Source: a virus
Taxonomy: Duplodnaviria > Caudoviricetes
Virus record (IMG/VR): IMGVR_UViG_3300028797_000005
Location: 59,247 to 123,246 of that record
DNA: 64,000 nt
Reading direction: 5' to 3' (one strand)
The notes beneath the pieces were generated by a model, which saw only the letters and a program-made list of their open reading frames with translations, made no database searches and had not been told where the DNA came from. Positions 43,572-54,722 of the stretch are shown here, in pieces. Position 1 is the stretch's first letter; each line of letters starts with the position of its first letter. A program made the position numbers and the translations under genes.

Positions 43572-44645
43572 CTAAATGTTTGGATATGGATTATATAAGG
43601 TCTGTGGGATACTGCTGTTCTTATAAATACCCCAGTTGTAGTATGTAAGAATGGCAACGCCGAGTTTCTTGTATACTTCAACTTCCATGCTCTGGTCTTT
43701 GTTAACCCAGTCATAAATCTGAGTCTGACCCTCGAATACGACCTTAACAACTTTATCTCCACCGGTAGGAAGAACGTATGCAATCTGTGGATCAATCCAA
43801 GTACTGTCATTAGCAGTAGTTACAAAGCTCTGCTTGAACTGTACAATTGGAGTACCACGGAAGAGATTAATATAGCCCTGGGTATGGATTCTATCAATAT
43901 CGTCTACAGGATAAATACCCTGAGCAACCTTAGTGGTGCTGTTCATAAGAACTGGAACGATAGCATCTGGCCCCATTGCTGCAACGAACTCAGGTGGTGC
44001 AAAGATAACTGCTCCGCCATTGCCATAGGCTTTAACGGTAGCGCAAAGACTGAACATCTTATCAGGATCGAAGCCAGCATTGATTACCTTATTAGGGGTA
44101 ACATCGCTAACACCCTGGGTAAGAGCGGTCTTGAGTGCTCTCTGAACTTCGATGTATACTGCATCGACAAGTCCTTCAGCGAGAACATCCATAACTTCTG
44201 CTAATGATTCAGCGCCGTCAAGCATTCTTTCGAAATCAACGGTAGCTGCTCCGCCGATGGCATGAGCTTTAACTTCGAATTCATTAACATCAAGTCTGAA
44301 TGCTTCGTATACGCCAGCAAGACCAACCTGGGTGAGGAACTTTTTAGCTCTCATCTTGGAAGCTTCTTTACCGACTTTGAACATTGCTCTCTGACCCTGT
44401 CCAATCTGACGAATTTCAGCGAAAGCGCCTAACTGATCGATAACCTTTGCAGGAACGATTTCATCAGCGTTTTCAATAATAATGTCATAAAGATCATAAC
44501 GATTCTTCATGAACTGGTTAATAGAACCGCAATAGTTCTTTAACTCTTCAGCAAATGCCTTATCAACATCGGCAACGGTGAAGTTTTCTGGTGCGGTATG
44601 ACGTGCCGCATTTCTTGCTAATTCTTTAAATTCTTTCGTTAACAT
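43572..44645 (-). CDS. Major capsid protein
   Basis: 357 aa, synteny after protease/decoration genes, biased codons. Confidence 0.8.
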   Translation of the reverse strand: MLTKEFKELARNAARHTAPENFTVADVDKAFAEELKNYCGSINQFMKNRYDLYDIIIENADEIVPAKVIDQLGAFAEIRQIGQGQRAMFKVGKEASKMRAKKFLTQVGLAGVYEAFRLDVNEFEVKAHAIGGAATVDFERMLDGAESLAEVMDVLAEGLVDAVYIEVQRALKTALTQGVSDVTPNKVINAGFDPDKMFSLCATVKAYGNGGAVIFAPPEFVAAMGPDAIVPVLMNSTTKVAQGIYPVDDIDRIHTQGYINLFRGTPIVQFKQSFVTTANDSTWIDPQIAYVLPTGGDKVVKVVFEGQTQIYDWVNKDQSMEVEVYKKLGVAILTYYNWGIYKNSSIPQTLYNPYPNI

Positions 44646-44657
44646 TACGGCACCTCC

Positions 44658-45227
44658 TTAAGCCTTGATTACTTCAAGCATCATACCAACCTGTCCATCA
44701 GGCATAGTATGAATTTCAACTAACTGAGCAACTGGACCATAAGATGCAGCAGCAGCAGTTAACTGCCAATAACCAGAACCATCGCTAGCAATACCTGCAT
44801 AGATCTTAGTGCCAGCATCTAATAAAGTCTGCATAGCATCAGTATCAGCATAAGTACTAGAATCATAGCAAATGGTGTTTGTGGTGAACTTATCGCCAAC
44901 AGCAAGATAACCTAATCTTGGGAAGAAATCATTGCTGGTGAGATAGAAGTTCTTAAGACCCTGATGTCTCTCATCATAAAGATGCTCAGCAGAATAATTA
45001 AGACCGATTACCTGAGTCTGAGCAAGGGTTGTAGTAGCTTTCTTAAGAGTACGGGTTACTCTATCAATGGAAAAAAGCATACCATTCTCTGCAACAACAG
45101 AACCGTTTGCAGGGAATTCGGTGGTATCTAATTTGCATTGAGCTTCAATGCGGCCATCTCTACGGAAGGCGACTTGGTTGAGTTCTACCTGTCCATAGCC
45201 GTCTTTTGCAAGTTTGACAATAGCCAT
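44658..45227 (-). CDS. Capsid decoration/minor head protein
   Basis: Between protease and capsid; ENGM, PRLG.L.VGD.FTTN. Confidence 0.6.
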   Translation of the reverse strand: MAIVKLAKDGYGQVELNQVAFRRDGRIEAQCKLDTTEFPANGSVVAENGMLFSIDRVTRTLKKATTTLAQTQVIGLNYSAEHLYDERHQGLKNFYLTSNDFFPRLGYLAVGDKFTTNTICYDSSTYADTDAMQTLLDAGTKIYAGIASDGSGYWQLTAAAASYGPVAQLVEIHTMPDGQVGMMLEVIKA

Positions 45228-45248
45228 GTATATGAACCTCCGTCATTC

Positions 45249-46775
45249 TTATTTCTTGTATTTACTAATTAATGCTTCAAGACCTGTCATTGGAGTTTCT
45301 AATGGTACTAAACCTTCCTCTTTATCAGAGAAGATTGTGGCATCATTTGTGACAAGCTCATAAGCAAGTTCTTTTTCAAGATCATTAATAGTATAGTTGT
45401 CTAATTTTTCACGATAAATGTTAAGAATATCTTCACTAAGTTTTGTGCTGTACTTAGAAATAACGGCAGCTTTCTGCTGAGTTTCAATATTCTTCTTATA
45501 CTCTCTTAACAATTCGTTTTCAGCAGTATAAACATTAATCTTTTCTTCTAAATCTTCAACTTTGCTATTAAGTGCATCTTTATCTATATTTAAAGTAGAT
45601 AATTCAGTATTCTTATTATCAAGTTCTATCTGTAATTCTTCAGCTTTATTTTCAAGCCCGTTAATACGGTCATCTAAAGCCTCATATGTGCCGATTTCTG
45701 TACGCTGTCTTAAAGAAGCAAGAGCGTTCTTTTCAGACTCGGTAACCCATTCAGCATAAAGGCGGCTAAATTCGGTTCCAATAAGAACAGAATCATTTTC
45801 GCCTAAGCTGTATGCAACCTTGTAAACAAGGTCATCCTCTAAATTATAAACAACAGCATAATCGCTATAAGTGTCCATAACGAGATACTGGAATTTAGAA
45901 CTATTTAACGCACAACCAATAGCATTTTGTTTTTGATTATCAGATAGGACGAAATCGAAGTGAATTTCTTCTACGCTTTCAACTTCCTCACTCTCAACAG
46001 CTTCTGCTTCCTTGGTTTCAAAAGTATCTTCTACTTCTTCGACCTCAGCAATTTCTTCAGCTACATCAGCTTCAAAAACTTCTGGAGCAGCTTCTTCAGG
46101 GAGTGTCTCGGTTACTTCAATGCTTTCAGGAAGTTTATCTTTGAGCATTTTATTATTACCCCCTATTGATAATTTTTCCAGTTTTTCTAATAAGGCAGTA
46201 TATAATTCACGAATCTCTTGGATGTTTTGTTCAGTAAAGAACGCGGAGCCTTGGAAGCATGGAATTGCATTTTCGCCTAAGACCTGTAAGCCAAGAAAAC
46301 TGGCGTCAGAGAAACGGAAATATTCCTGCCCCTCTATACCAACCCATTCTCCTTGAATAGATGGTCCGTATAATTCCATACTTTGACTTTTACCTTCAAT
46401 TTCTTTTGCCTCTGGATAAATCGCAGTAAAAAGATAAACATCAGCACAAGCATACTCGCGCTCAACGCCATCGACGTCGGTGTGTTTTTCCCAAGCAAAA
46501 TTATAATTTTCCGGTACGATACCATAGATTTTACCAAGATCGCGGCTAATGCCATGATCAGTATAATCTTGGGCTTCTTCATCATAAATTCCCTTAACAG
46601 GGGTATATGGTAAAGTCGCAATTAATTTATTCGCAAATTCATCAGTAATATAACTGCCGTTTCGGTTCGCCCCTTTGTAAAAAATACGAACTCTTTTTTT
46701 AGTAAGTGTATCGCTAATCTTTTCAGACGAATCCTCAAATACTGTAATAGGGAAGTCAATAGGTATTTTTTTCAA
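45249..46775 (-). CDS. Prohead protease/scaffold
   Basis: NRNGS, QSMEL, GLQVLG...PCF; acidic coiled-coil C-terminus. Confidence 0.75.
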   Translation of the reverse strand: MKKIPIDFPITVFEDSSEKISDTLTKKRVRIFYKGANRNGSYITDEFANKLIATLPYTPVKGIYDEEAQDYTDHGISRDLGKIYGIVPENYNFAWEKHTDVDGVEREYACADVYLFTAIYPEAKEIEGKSQSMELYGPSIQGEWVGIEGQEYFRFSDASFLGLQVLGENAIPCFQGSAFFTEQNIQEIRELYTALLEKLEKLSIGGNNKMLKDKLPESIEVTETLPEEAAPEVFEADVAEEIAEVEEVEDTFETKEAEAVESEEVESVEEIHFDFVLSDNQKQNAIGCALNSSKFQYLVMDTYSDYAVVYNLEDDLVYKVAYSLGENDSVLIGTEFSRLYAEWVTESEKNALASLRQRTEIGTYEALDDRINGLENKAEELQIELDNKNTELSTLNIDKDALNSKVEDLEEKINVYTAENELLREYKKNIETQQKAAVISKYSTKLSEDILNIYREKLDNYTINDLEKELAYELVTNDATIFSDKEEGLVPLETPMTGLEALISKYKK

Positions 46776-46789
46776 AATATTACCCCCTA

Positions 46790-48307
46790 TTAATTGTTAT
46801 TATTCTCCGCCGCCGCTTCGTTACGAAGCGTTTTCTCAGATTTTTCTTCTTCGGCTAATGCTGGACGGCCAACCTTGCCACTACTAGAATCACTACTACT
46901 AGAACTATTTGATTGAGTATAAGAAGTTGAGAGAGGAATAAGTTTATCGCCTAAATCCAATACATCATTTTCTAAATCTTTCAAATCTTCAAGCTGTTTG
47001 ACAGATAATCCGGCAGCGATAGCGGGCATCAATAATGAGTAACCGCTATTGGCCATCTTAAGATAGCTGTCAATGTAGTCAGTTTCATTATAATACGTAA
47101 TTGGGAATACGTTGTAAGAGAACTTAACAGCTGTATTTCCATATAACATATTAATGATATGGGAAACGAATTTCCCAATCTTATTAGCCAGCGTCATCAT
47201 CAACGCGGTATCATACTTAATAGAGGTGGCCAATGTAGAGCTACCTGTCGCAGCGAATATTTCACTCGATACGCCAATGTTAGCAAATACATTTTGGTTC
47301 ATGTTCTCTAATGTAGTATTAGTTACACTATCATTAGTCTTCGTATTCTCGATGTGTGCATCGCCATAAGTAGTTAAAACTGAAACGTGAGGATTTGATG
47401 TTTTAATCATATTAACGATACCATCGTGCATTACTTGAACTTCAACTGGTTCAAATAATAAGCGCCCATCAGAAAGATGGGGTATTTGGTTAATGAGAAT
47501 CTTCTTGACTTCGTCAAGCTGTCTTTCAAGTTCATTGTCAACAGCTTCTTGATACTCAATCGTTGATGGAATAACCGATAAGAAGTAAGGTCGCTCATTA
47601 AAAAGATTAAAGGCAAAACCTATATCACTAGGAAGAATTATCCAGGAAGAAACTCCCTTTCCCTTCTTACTCCAGTTGTTGTATTTTGAGCGAACTATAT
47701 CGGGATAAAGCTTTAGTGCAGAATTGCGCGCCTGTGGATCTCTGATAGAATCAAAGTACTGGACGTTAAATTCCACTACTAAATCATTGTTTGAATTAAC
47801 AAAACGAGCGCGGCAATATTTCGGAGGTAAATCAACAACTGTAAAATTATCTTTTGATAAATTAATTATCATCCCATAATATGTTCCATTAAGAAGCACA
47901 TTATAAGCAATTCTCGGACCTAAATTCTTTAAATCCATTTTATCAACATAATTATTCGCATTACGATAACGCTTTTCTAAATTTGAATCTTGGAGAGATT
48001 TACCATTAGATGGGTGTGGAATTAATATACCATAATACTTAATAAGCGTTGCATAATACGTAATAATTTGACGATAATAACCGTTTAAAACGAAATAGTT
48101 CTGAGAAAGCTCTCTTTGGGCGAAAAGATCTCCAGTTTCAATGATTCTAATAACATCCTCTATCTGATATCGTCTTACTGGTTTCGTTCTATCCCACATT
48201 AAGTGATTTTTTTTATAAATTTCTTCATTAACAGCAATTATATCTTTATATGCACTTTTAAATTGCTCCAACGAGAAATTATGATCAATCTTTACATTTT
48301 CGTCCAT
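46790..48307 (-). CDS. Portal protein
   Basis: 505 aa after terminase; PLSTSYTQS...GRP tail. Confidence 0.8.
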   Translation of the reverse strand: MDENVKIDHNFSLEQFKSAYKDIIAVNEEIYKKNHLMWDRTKPVRRYQIEDVIRIIETGDLFAQRELSQNYFVLNGYYRQIITYYATLIKYYGILIPHPSNGKSLQDSNLEKRYRNANNYVDKMDLKNLGPRIAYNVLLNGTYYGMIINLSKDNFTVVDLPPKYCRARFVNSNNDLVVEFNVQYFDSIRDPQARNSALKLYPDIVRSKYNNWSKKGKGVSSWIILPSDIGFAFNLFNERPYFLSVIPSTIEYQEAVDNELERQLDEVKKILINQIPHLSDGRLLFEPVEVQVMHDGIVNMIKTSNPHVSVLTTYGDAHIENTKTNDSVTNTTLENMNQNVFANIGVSSEIFAATGSSTLATSIKYDTALMMTLANKIGKFVSHIINMLYGNTAVKFSYNVFPITYYNETDYIDSYLKMANSGYSLLMPAIAAGLSVKQLEDLKDLENDVLDLGDKLIPLSTSYTQSNSSSSSDSSSGKVGRPALAEEEKSEKTLRNEAAAENNNN

Positions 48308-48310
48308 TGA

Positions 48311-50092
48311 CTATCTCCCATCTGTGAAGAAAACTAGCGTTCGATTGCCAACTTTCTGCCGCGCTTTTTTACTCGCTTCTTCTTCCCTCTCCTTAATTCG
48401 TCTAAGCCCAATACAAAGACTTGAAAATCTATCGTCTGGGAATCGTGAATTAATGGGTTCCAAAACAATATCTAAGCCGGCTCCGGTTCGTTTTAAACGT
48501 AAGTTTCCCATTTCTTCAAAAAGTTTAGTCGTCATTTCATAAGGCATTAAAAATTTTGTCTTTTGTTCAACGGACATACCTTGACCCTTTTTAGTAGATA
48601 AGAGGCGGCTGCGCGCATCTTGCTCTTTAATAAGAAAATCTACTAGACCAGAGTCAATTCTAGAATAACAGTTACCAAACATTTCACTGTTAATCTTATG
48701 ATTTGCTTTAAATGAATATAATATCTTGGACGCGTCGGCAGATTGAATTAACCGATAATCTTCATCGTTAATAAACCCATAAGCTGGATAGGTTCTTCCA
48801 AACTTATCAGTTTGTTCTTGAATCATTAAGTCAGCAACAGATGCGCCGATACCGTTAGTATCTATAACGCACTCTATTGGCTTAAAGGCCTCAATAATTC
48901 TCTTAATATCAATAACCTGCCGATAAAATTGCTTCGTTTCTCTTGTCCTACCAAGTATATAAATATTTACGACAACTGCCCTAAATATATCATTTCTTGG
49001 CATGACTTTAAAAACTGTCACGACTGTATTATCGTGCTTTCTGCCCACGTCAACAGATAACAAATAAAACATATCGGGCATATCCTTATTATAAGTAGCT
49101 TTCCATTCAGCGTTTATTTTCTTTCTATGTTTATTCAATTTATTGAAATTAAACCATGACTCATCAGATTCGGTGGTATAAATACTCATATACTCTCTAG
49201 CAAATAATTGGTCATTCATTGTTGGGTCAAGTTTCTGATCCTGAACGAATGAACTTGGATAAATACCTTCAATAACAGGTACTCGATAATCTAATCCAGT
49301 AACAAAAGCTGTCTTTGGACTGATAATCATTTTCTCCAATATGTCAATAACTTTCTCATAGTTGTAACTTGATTTACTGGAAGCAGATGTAGTATACGTC
49401 TGAATCTGGTGCATTTCATATGGATTCAACTTGCCGCTGGCGGTATACCTAACCTTAGATACCGTAGGGACAAGAATACCATTAACTGCATCGCCATCTT
49501 GGTCACGCGCTTCGTCTACATCAATTGCATCGAAACGACGCCCACGAGTTGACTCCAAAGCTGCTGTAATTTCAATCTTTGACTTATTTTTAAACCTAAT
49601 AATGAAATAATCTTTACCACCTATTGGCGGGCCGTCTAACTCATTATTGAGTAATGGAAAACGATTTAATAAGTCTGTTGCGGTTTGCTTACCAATCTGC
49701 GCAGACTGGCTTTTTGTAGGAGCCGCAAACGCAATATCTGAGCCTGGGCAAAACACGCAACGATGAAAGGCTGCAAAAAGTGTAACAAATGTTTTTGAAA
49801 CACCGCGTGCAGCCGTTATATGATTGAATTGATAGCGCGCTAATTGCCTTAACATGATTCTCTGATAAAATTTCCATTTAAAAGATGAACCAGTAGGAAT
49901 TAACACTTCATCAGCCCATATATCTGGATATGCTGACCAAACAGCGAACTTGGCGCGAAGGAATGGCTCCATGTTAAGCATTTTATTCTCACCAAGAGCT
50001 ACGTTCTTCTCAATAACTGTACCGAGCCGCGTAGGAAGCTCCATCTCATTCCAATATGAAGTTGTCTTAGTTTCAATACCTGGTAAGTCCAT
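48311..50092 (-). CDS. terL: Terminase large subunit
   Basis: AARGVSKT Walker A, RGRR..IDVDE, SVDVGR, IDTNGIG, DDRFSS. Confidence 0.9.
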   Translation of the reverse strand: MDLPGIETKTTSYWNEMELPTRLGTVIEKNVALGENKMLNMEPFLRAKFAVWSAYPDIWADEVLIPTGSSFKWKFYQRIMLRQLARYQFNHITAARGVSKTFVTLFAAFHRCVFCPGSDIAFAAPTKSQSAQIGKQTATDLLNRFPLLNNELDGPPIGGKDYFIIRFKNKSKIEITAALESTRGRRFDAIDVDEARDQDGDAVNGILVPTVSKVRYTASGKLNPYEMHQIQTYTTSASSKSSYNYEKVIDILEKMIISPKTAFVTGLDYRVPVIEGIYPSSFVQDQKLDPTMNDQLFAREYMSIYTTESDESWFNFNKLNKHRKKINAEWKATYNKDMPDMFYLLSVDVGRKHDNTVVTVFKVMPRNDIFRAVVVNIYILGRTRETKQFYRQVIDIKRIIEAFKPIECVIDTNGIGASVADLMIQEQTDKFGRTYPAYGFINDEDYRLIQSADASKILYSFKANHKINSEMFGNCYSRIDSGLVDFLIKEQDARSRLLSTKKGQGMSVEQKTKFLMPYEMTTKLFEEMGNLRLKRTGAGLDIVLEPINSRFPDDRFSSLCIGLRRIKEREEEASKKARQKVGNRTLVFFTDGR

Positions 50093-50093
50093 A

Positions 50094-51122
50094 TTATACC
50101 CCCGTGGTATCTGCATTAAGAACATCTTCTACAATGAAGTCCTCATATAACTGATTCTCTCTTCCTTCAAGATCAACATATTCGTCAATATCAAATACAT
50201 TCTCTGTAAAGCCTTTCTTATCAAGATCAGATTCTGACTTCTCTAATTCTTGTGCTATCTTAAGCTGGTCAATACGGGCTGTGATTTCTTCACCAATGCC
50301 GCTTTCATTGGTATAAAGGCGCTGCACAAATGTCTGCCATGAGTGCATTACTTCGTCGACGATATCTTTATTTTCATCATTATACCAAGTATTGATCCAG
50401 TCGCGTTTTTCGAGCCAAAATGCTACTTCACCAAATGAACTGAAGTCATTATCCGCCTTAGAGTTTTGTGGAGTGAAATTAGCTACCTTAGTAAGCTTTT
50501 CATATGAACTCATTAGCTTATCAATGTTTTCACCAGCCCTAATATAATTGTCAATCTGTAAGCTGATCTTACATAGCTTTTGCGCTTGGTCATGGTTTAG
50601 CGCGCCAGATACATTTTGTGATGACAAAATACCATTATAGAGATTCTCCAGATAAACCAGCTCATCTCTATCGTAATTCTTACCCCACCGAAGCGCTAAA
50701 TCTGCAAAATAATTGTCATTAATAAGCGGCAGCTCTTTGTCAATTTCACCCTTATGCTTGAGTTCTAACCATTTATCATAATAATCTTTCCAATGAAAAG
50801 GCTCATATTCAGAGGATTCAAATTGTTTAGAATAAAGTAGAAACGTATTGCCGACTTTATTTTCGCGCATCTTTTCAAGAACGCGAGGGATAAATGGCAA
50901 ATCAAACATCTGGCACAGTTTATCCACTTCCTGCCAGTCCCAATTAACTTTCTTCAAATAGAGGTCAATACACTCTGCGCAAATATCTGAAACGCCATCT
51001 GGATAAATCCAGGCGCGGGTCTTAATAAAACTTCCCATAGGTCTCTGGCGGCCGCATTTGCAGCAACGTTTAGTTTCGCTCATCTTGAAGTCTTCTACTT
51101 TTGGTAATTTCGGTTCTAACAT
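50094..51122 (-). CDS. Zn-finger protein upstream of terL (possible small terminase, YonG-like position)
   Basis: CCKC...CAEC, WGK.Y...L..LE..Y. Confidence 0.5.
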   Translation of the reverse strand: MLEPKLPKVEDFKMSETKRCCKCGRQRPMGSFIKTRAWIYPDGVSDICAECIDLYLKKVNWDWQEVDKLCQMFDLPFIPRVLEKMRENKVGNTFLLYSKQFESSEYEPFHWKDYYDKWLELKHKGEIDKELPLINDNYFADLALRWGKNYDRDELVYLENLYNGILSSQNVSGALNHDQAQKLCKISLQIDNYIRAGENIDKLMSSYEKLTKVANFTPQNSKADNDFSSFGEVAFWLEKRDWINTWYNDENKDIVDEVMHSWQTFVQRLYTNESGIGEEITARIDQLKIAQELEKSESDLDKKGFTENVFDIDEYVDLEGRENQLYEDFIVEDVLNADTTGV

Positions 51123-51388
51123 TATTTTACTATCGGCTCCATTACAGATAATATAAACTTTCTTTTGCTCTTGGAAGTGGATACAAAAGCATCAACAAGT
51201 TCAGACAAAATAATATCATAATCTTTTTCAGTTATTGTAGCCTTCTCTTGTCCGTCGGCGTCTGTACCGTCTTCTCTTGTTACAAGTTCGACACCTAATA
51301 GCCTAGCAATTCCTACAGCCTCAATAACCTCTAATTGTGTGAGATATTTAAGAAATTTTAATACCTCTCTATCTTTACTTCTTTTCAT
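51122..51388 (-). CDS. Hypothetical protein
   Basis: Operon packing. Confidence 0.65.
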   Translation of the reverse strand: MKRSKDREVLKFLKYLTQLEVIEAVGIARLLGVELVTREDGTDADGQEKATITEKDYDIILSELVDAFVSTSKSKRKFILSVMEPIVK

Positions 51389-52781
51389 TATTTTGCTCCT
51401 TGATGGCCTTTTTTAATACTTTACAGTCTTTACAATAGTTAAAGAAGCCATCATTAGAAGTAACGCGCTTATTAAAGTATTCGGTATTCCGTGGCAGTAA
51501 CTTGCCGCAGCAGGAACAGCGTTTGAAAACATTTTTACCCATTAAAATATATTCGACATTTTTATAATGTTTTTCGACTTCTTTAATAATTGCATTTACT
51601 ATCCTTTTCGTAAATATAGTAGAAATATAATTTTCTTTATAATCTAATCCGTAATTTTCTTTAAGATGTTCGCTTATACTTCTATTGGACACGCCGCTAA
51701 TTTTGGCATAAAGAATATATTTTAAATCATCTGAAAAATTACATTTATGAATATAATAATCAATATATTTAATTAATTTATTGACTATCTCGTACTCCTG
51801 ATAAGGAAGGTCAGATAAAGAATCTATAAAATCATTCCGCATAAAAAGAACTTCGCGAACGGTTTTCGGATCCCTTAAGTCGATTTCCCGTATACCAACC
51901 CCGGCGTCGGCATTTTGTAGTTCTTTTATGCAAAGATCTTGGAATGGCCTGTTAAAGAATGAATCTTCAAAATTTTCAAATAATAATTCTTCTGCCATAA
52001 AAGGTTTGAAGCCTATTAAACCATTGTCATTGTCATTCCAATATAGACCAATATTACCATGTTTTTGAAGTGATTCACCTTGTAAAGCATCAAGTAAGGT
52101 GTACTGTTCAGTTCGTAAGGCAACCAGCTGCCGCTTCTGCTTCAATGCCGTATATCCATCCCAGGCTCCGGCCGCAGCTTCAAGGGCCGCTATTAATTCA
52201 CCATAAGTGTCATAGGGATGATTATAATACGCAAAGAAAGCCAATCTCTCCAATAGTTCCTGTCTAATTGGTAGATCGGCTCGGCGCTTGCCATTCTTAA
52301 GTTCCCAGTATTGAACCTGGTATTCTGTTTTATCTATCTGTCCCCATAAATCAAACCAAGTAATGGTTTGATAACTTAATGAATAATCGAAAGGCGGCAG
52401 GGTATCGTTCGGGCGGCTCAGTATCTCATTAATTGTCGCCGTCGGCATTTCAAAATTTAACTTAACTAGTACACAATTTCTATCTAATTTTCTTTTCTTA
52501 CCTTTCTCTTGAACTTCACTAATTTGCTGATAAACGCTTTTTCTATTACCTTCTAATTCCTCTTCTTGTAATGCTTGCCAAGATATATGCTTACTTTCGC
52601 GACTCTTCCAGGGGCTGTGCGCAGAATCTATCTCGAAATCAGGCGACGGCACGGTCCATAATAAATAGTTGGCCATCATTTCGAGATTCGAGTCTGTAAA
52701 TTGTTTGTCTTGTATATACGTGTCAAGATACGCTAATCTTTCTTCCGGCGTATCTAACTGGAAGTCCAAATTTAATCGCAT
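51375..52781 (-). CDS. Hypothetical protein with HTH-like segment and C-terminal Zn ribbon (possible regulator)
   Basis: SNRSISEHL...ENYISTI; KRCSCCG...YCKDC. Confidence 0.55.
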   Translation of the reverse strand: MRLNLDFQLDTPEERLAYLDTYIQDKQFTDSNLEMMANYLLWTVPSPDFEIDSAHSPWKSRESKHISWQALQEEELEGNRKSVYQQISEVQEKGKKRKLDRNCVLVKLNFEMPTATINEILSRPNDTLPPFDYSLSYQTITWFDLWGQIDKTEYQVQYWELKNGKRRADLPIRQELLERLAFFAYYNHPYDTYGELIAALEAAAGAWDGYTALKQKRQLVALRTEQYTLLDALQGESLQKHGNIGLYWNDNDNGLIGFKPFMAEELLFENFEDSFFNRPFQDLCIKELQNADAGVGIREIDLRDPKTVREVLFMRNDFIDSLSDLPYQEYEIVNKLIKYIDYYIHKCNFSDDLKYILYAKISGVSNRSISEHLKENYGLDYKENYISTIFTKRIVNAIIKEVEKHYKNVEYILMGKNVFKRCSCCGKLLPRNTEYFNKRVTSNDGFFNYCKDCKVLKKAIKEQNNEKK

Positions 52782-52799
52782 TTCTCACCTCTTGTATAC

Positions 52800-52841
52800 A
52801 TTATACTAAAATTTTACTTTTCTGTCAATTTTTGGTATAAT
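52800..52841. promoter_or_regulatory. Overlapping divergent sigmaA promoters
   Basis: - strand TTGACA(52828)-17-TATAAT; + strand TTTACT(52813)-17-TATAAT with TG extension. Confidence 0.7.
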
Positions 52842-52914
52842 TTATATGTAAAGAATGTGAAAGAAACCCTAGAAATTTACTTAATAATAGATTATACTCG
52901 CAGGAGGCGATTGA

Positions 52915-54537
52915 ATGATAATATTAGGTGATGATGTAAGAGTTGATTTTACACCGATAGAAAGAAGTCAACTCACAGATGCCTTAACCGTAACAACTCG
53001 ACTTTATAGTAATCTAAGCAGTGAAAGTCAAGAAACTACGGATTTTGGACTTAGCGCGAATAGTGTAAATGAAGGGATTACATATTTACTTGCAAATGGT
53101 GGTATAGATAATTCATTAGAAATTGCAAGTATGGTCGATCCAGTTATAATTGATGCTACTTTATATAGTGCTTTATCCGCTGCAAAAACCGCACTTTATT
53201 CTTTAATTAATAATGAAATTAGTAATGATTATTATTTAAATTTAGATTTAGAAGTAGAAACATATGTTCCTACTTATGTAAAATTGCATGAAATTAGAAA
53301 TACTACTCCTTTTAGTTATAAATTGGAATTTGGATATTTTATTAATAATCCACCTACAGGAGTATCTGCTTCTTGGCAAGTTATTAATAATATTAGTTAT
53401 GCCGTAGATGCTAATTTTAATCCAACTTGGACAAGCGGCACTGGTTCTGCTAATTTTACTTTTTATGATATTTCTGGTGAAACGCCAGCATTAGTTTCTT
53501 GGGCTAATATGAATATAACAGTTAGAAATACTTTAACTGCTGCGGCGGTATCGTATTGTACAGTTTTAACAGGCGCTGATTTTATACCTTCAGAGTCATA
53601 TAATTGGATAAATAAAGGTAACAGCATTAGTGATGAAGCACAGTCTGTATATAATGCGTTAAATGCTTTATTGCCGAATTACGAATCTGATGTTGAACCA
53701 GTTGTGCCAACTGGAGAGTATAAGGTTACCTTCGCTTGGACTTCAATGCCAGAAGGAAGTTATACATTTACGTTGTACAATGGTTATACACGTATTAATA
53801 TTACCATGACGCATGATAATGATTCTGCTGGAATTAGTTATAGTGATGAAATTACTTTACCAATTTATAAAGATGATGAAGATAATGAATTTGCTTATGA
53901 ATTTGATACTTCTAGTATTGGCTATGATATAGCTTTTGCTATTAATGGTACACCGATTACTTCCATAACTTCTGCTAATAATAATGCTCAAGTTAATATT
54001 ACGAGTACAGCAATTACTTATACTTTGAATTGGGCATATCATAATTTTGTTTATGAAAGTAATACTTGGGAAGATGATGGTTACCCAGAAGGCGCAGATC
54101 CGCTATACTTTACCCTTTATCATGAAGGCTCTGATGTTGGCGTAACCTACGCCATTAGTGAGGGGAACACCAGCGGCTCTATCATTTTAAATGAAGCTGG
54201 AAATTATACCATTGGTTGTAACGCACATTTGAGCATTAATTCATTTACTGCTTCTGCTGGTGGAAGCGGCAGTCTTAATATTTATCAATATAATGAAGGA
54301 GACCCATATAACATTACCGTCAACTCTAGTGTAGTAACCACTTATTTATTAGATGGCGATGAAGTAGATATCGGTGTAAGATCAGTAGATCTTTTAACTT
54401 GGAATGGGCCAACTGATAATGTTGCTGAGCATATTGTACCTCATGAATTAGATGCAACAGCAGGCTATAAGTTCTCTGGTAGTACACAAGTAATAGAAGT
54501 AACCTCTACTGGAACCTATACTATTATTACTGCTTAA
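52915..54537 (+). CDS. Acidic S/T/N-rich beta protein, unknown function
   Basis: 540-aa ORF with GGAGG RBS and own promoter. Confidence 0.65.
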   Translation: MIILGDDVRVDFTPIERSQLTDALTVTTRLYSNLSSESQETTDFGLSANSVNEGITYLLANGGIDNSLEIASMVDPVIIDATLYSALSAAKTALYSLINNEISNDYYLNLDLEVETYVPTYVKLHEIRNTTPFSYKLEFGYFINNPPTGVSASWQVINNISYAVDANFNPTWTSGTGSANFTFYDISGETPALVSWANMNITVRNTLTAAAVSYCTVLTGADFIPSESYNWINKGNSISDEAQSVYNALNALLPNYESDVEPVVPTGEYKVTFAWTSMPEGSYTFTLYNGYTRINITMTHDNDSAGISYSDEITLPIYKDDEDNEFAYEFDTSSIGYDIAFAINGTPITSITSANNNAQVNITSTAITYTLNWAYHNFVYESNTWEDDGYPEGADPLYFTLYHEGSDVGVTYAISEGNTSGSIILNEAGNYTIGCNAHLSINSFTASAGGSGSLNIYQYNEGDPYNITVNSSVVTTYLLDGDEVDIGVRSVDLLTWNGPTDNVAEHIVPHELDATAGYKFSGSTQVIEVTSTGTYTIITA

Positions 54538-54583
54538 AATGAAATTTTTAATTCAGTACGAAAATGTGTGACGCCCGGGTCTG

Positions 54584-54598
54584 AATTTTCAGAAAATT
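54584..54598. promoter_or_regulatory. Perfect CodY consensus box
   Basis: AATTTTCAGAAAATT. Confidence 0.65.
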
Positions 54599-54684
54599 CC
54601 TAAAAATCCTACAAACCACCCCGGGACCCCTGTCCTGCATAAAAATACAAAAGCCCGAAATTCAATACATTTTTACAAGCTATC

Positions 54685-54712
54685 AAAGGCGGTGAAGAAA
54701 TTCACCGCCTTT
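54685..54712. terminator. GCGGTG..CACCGC hairpin terminator
   Basis: AAAGGCGGTGAA-GAAA-TTCACCGCCTTT between convergent genes. Confidence 0.75.
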
Positions 54713-54722
54713 CTTTTTTTAG

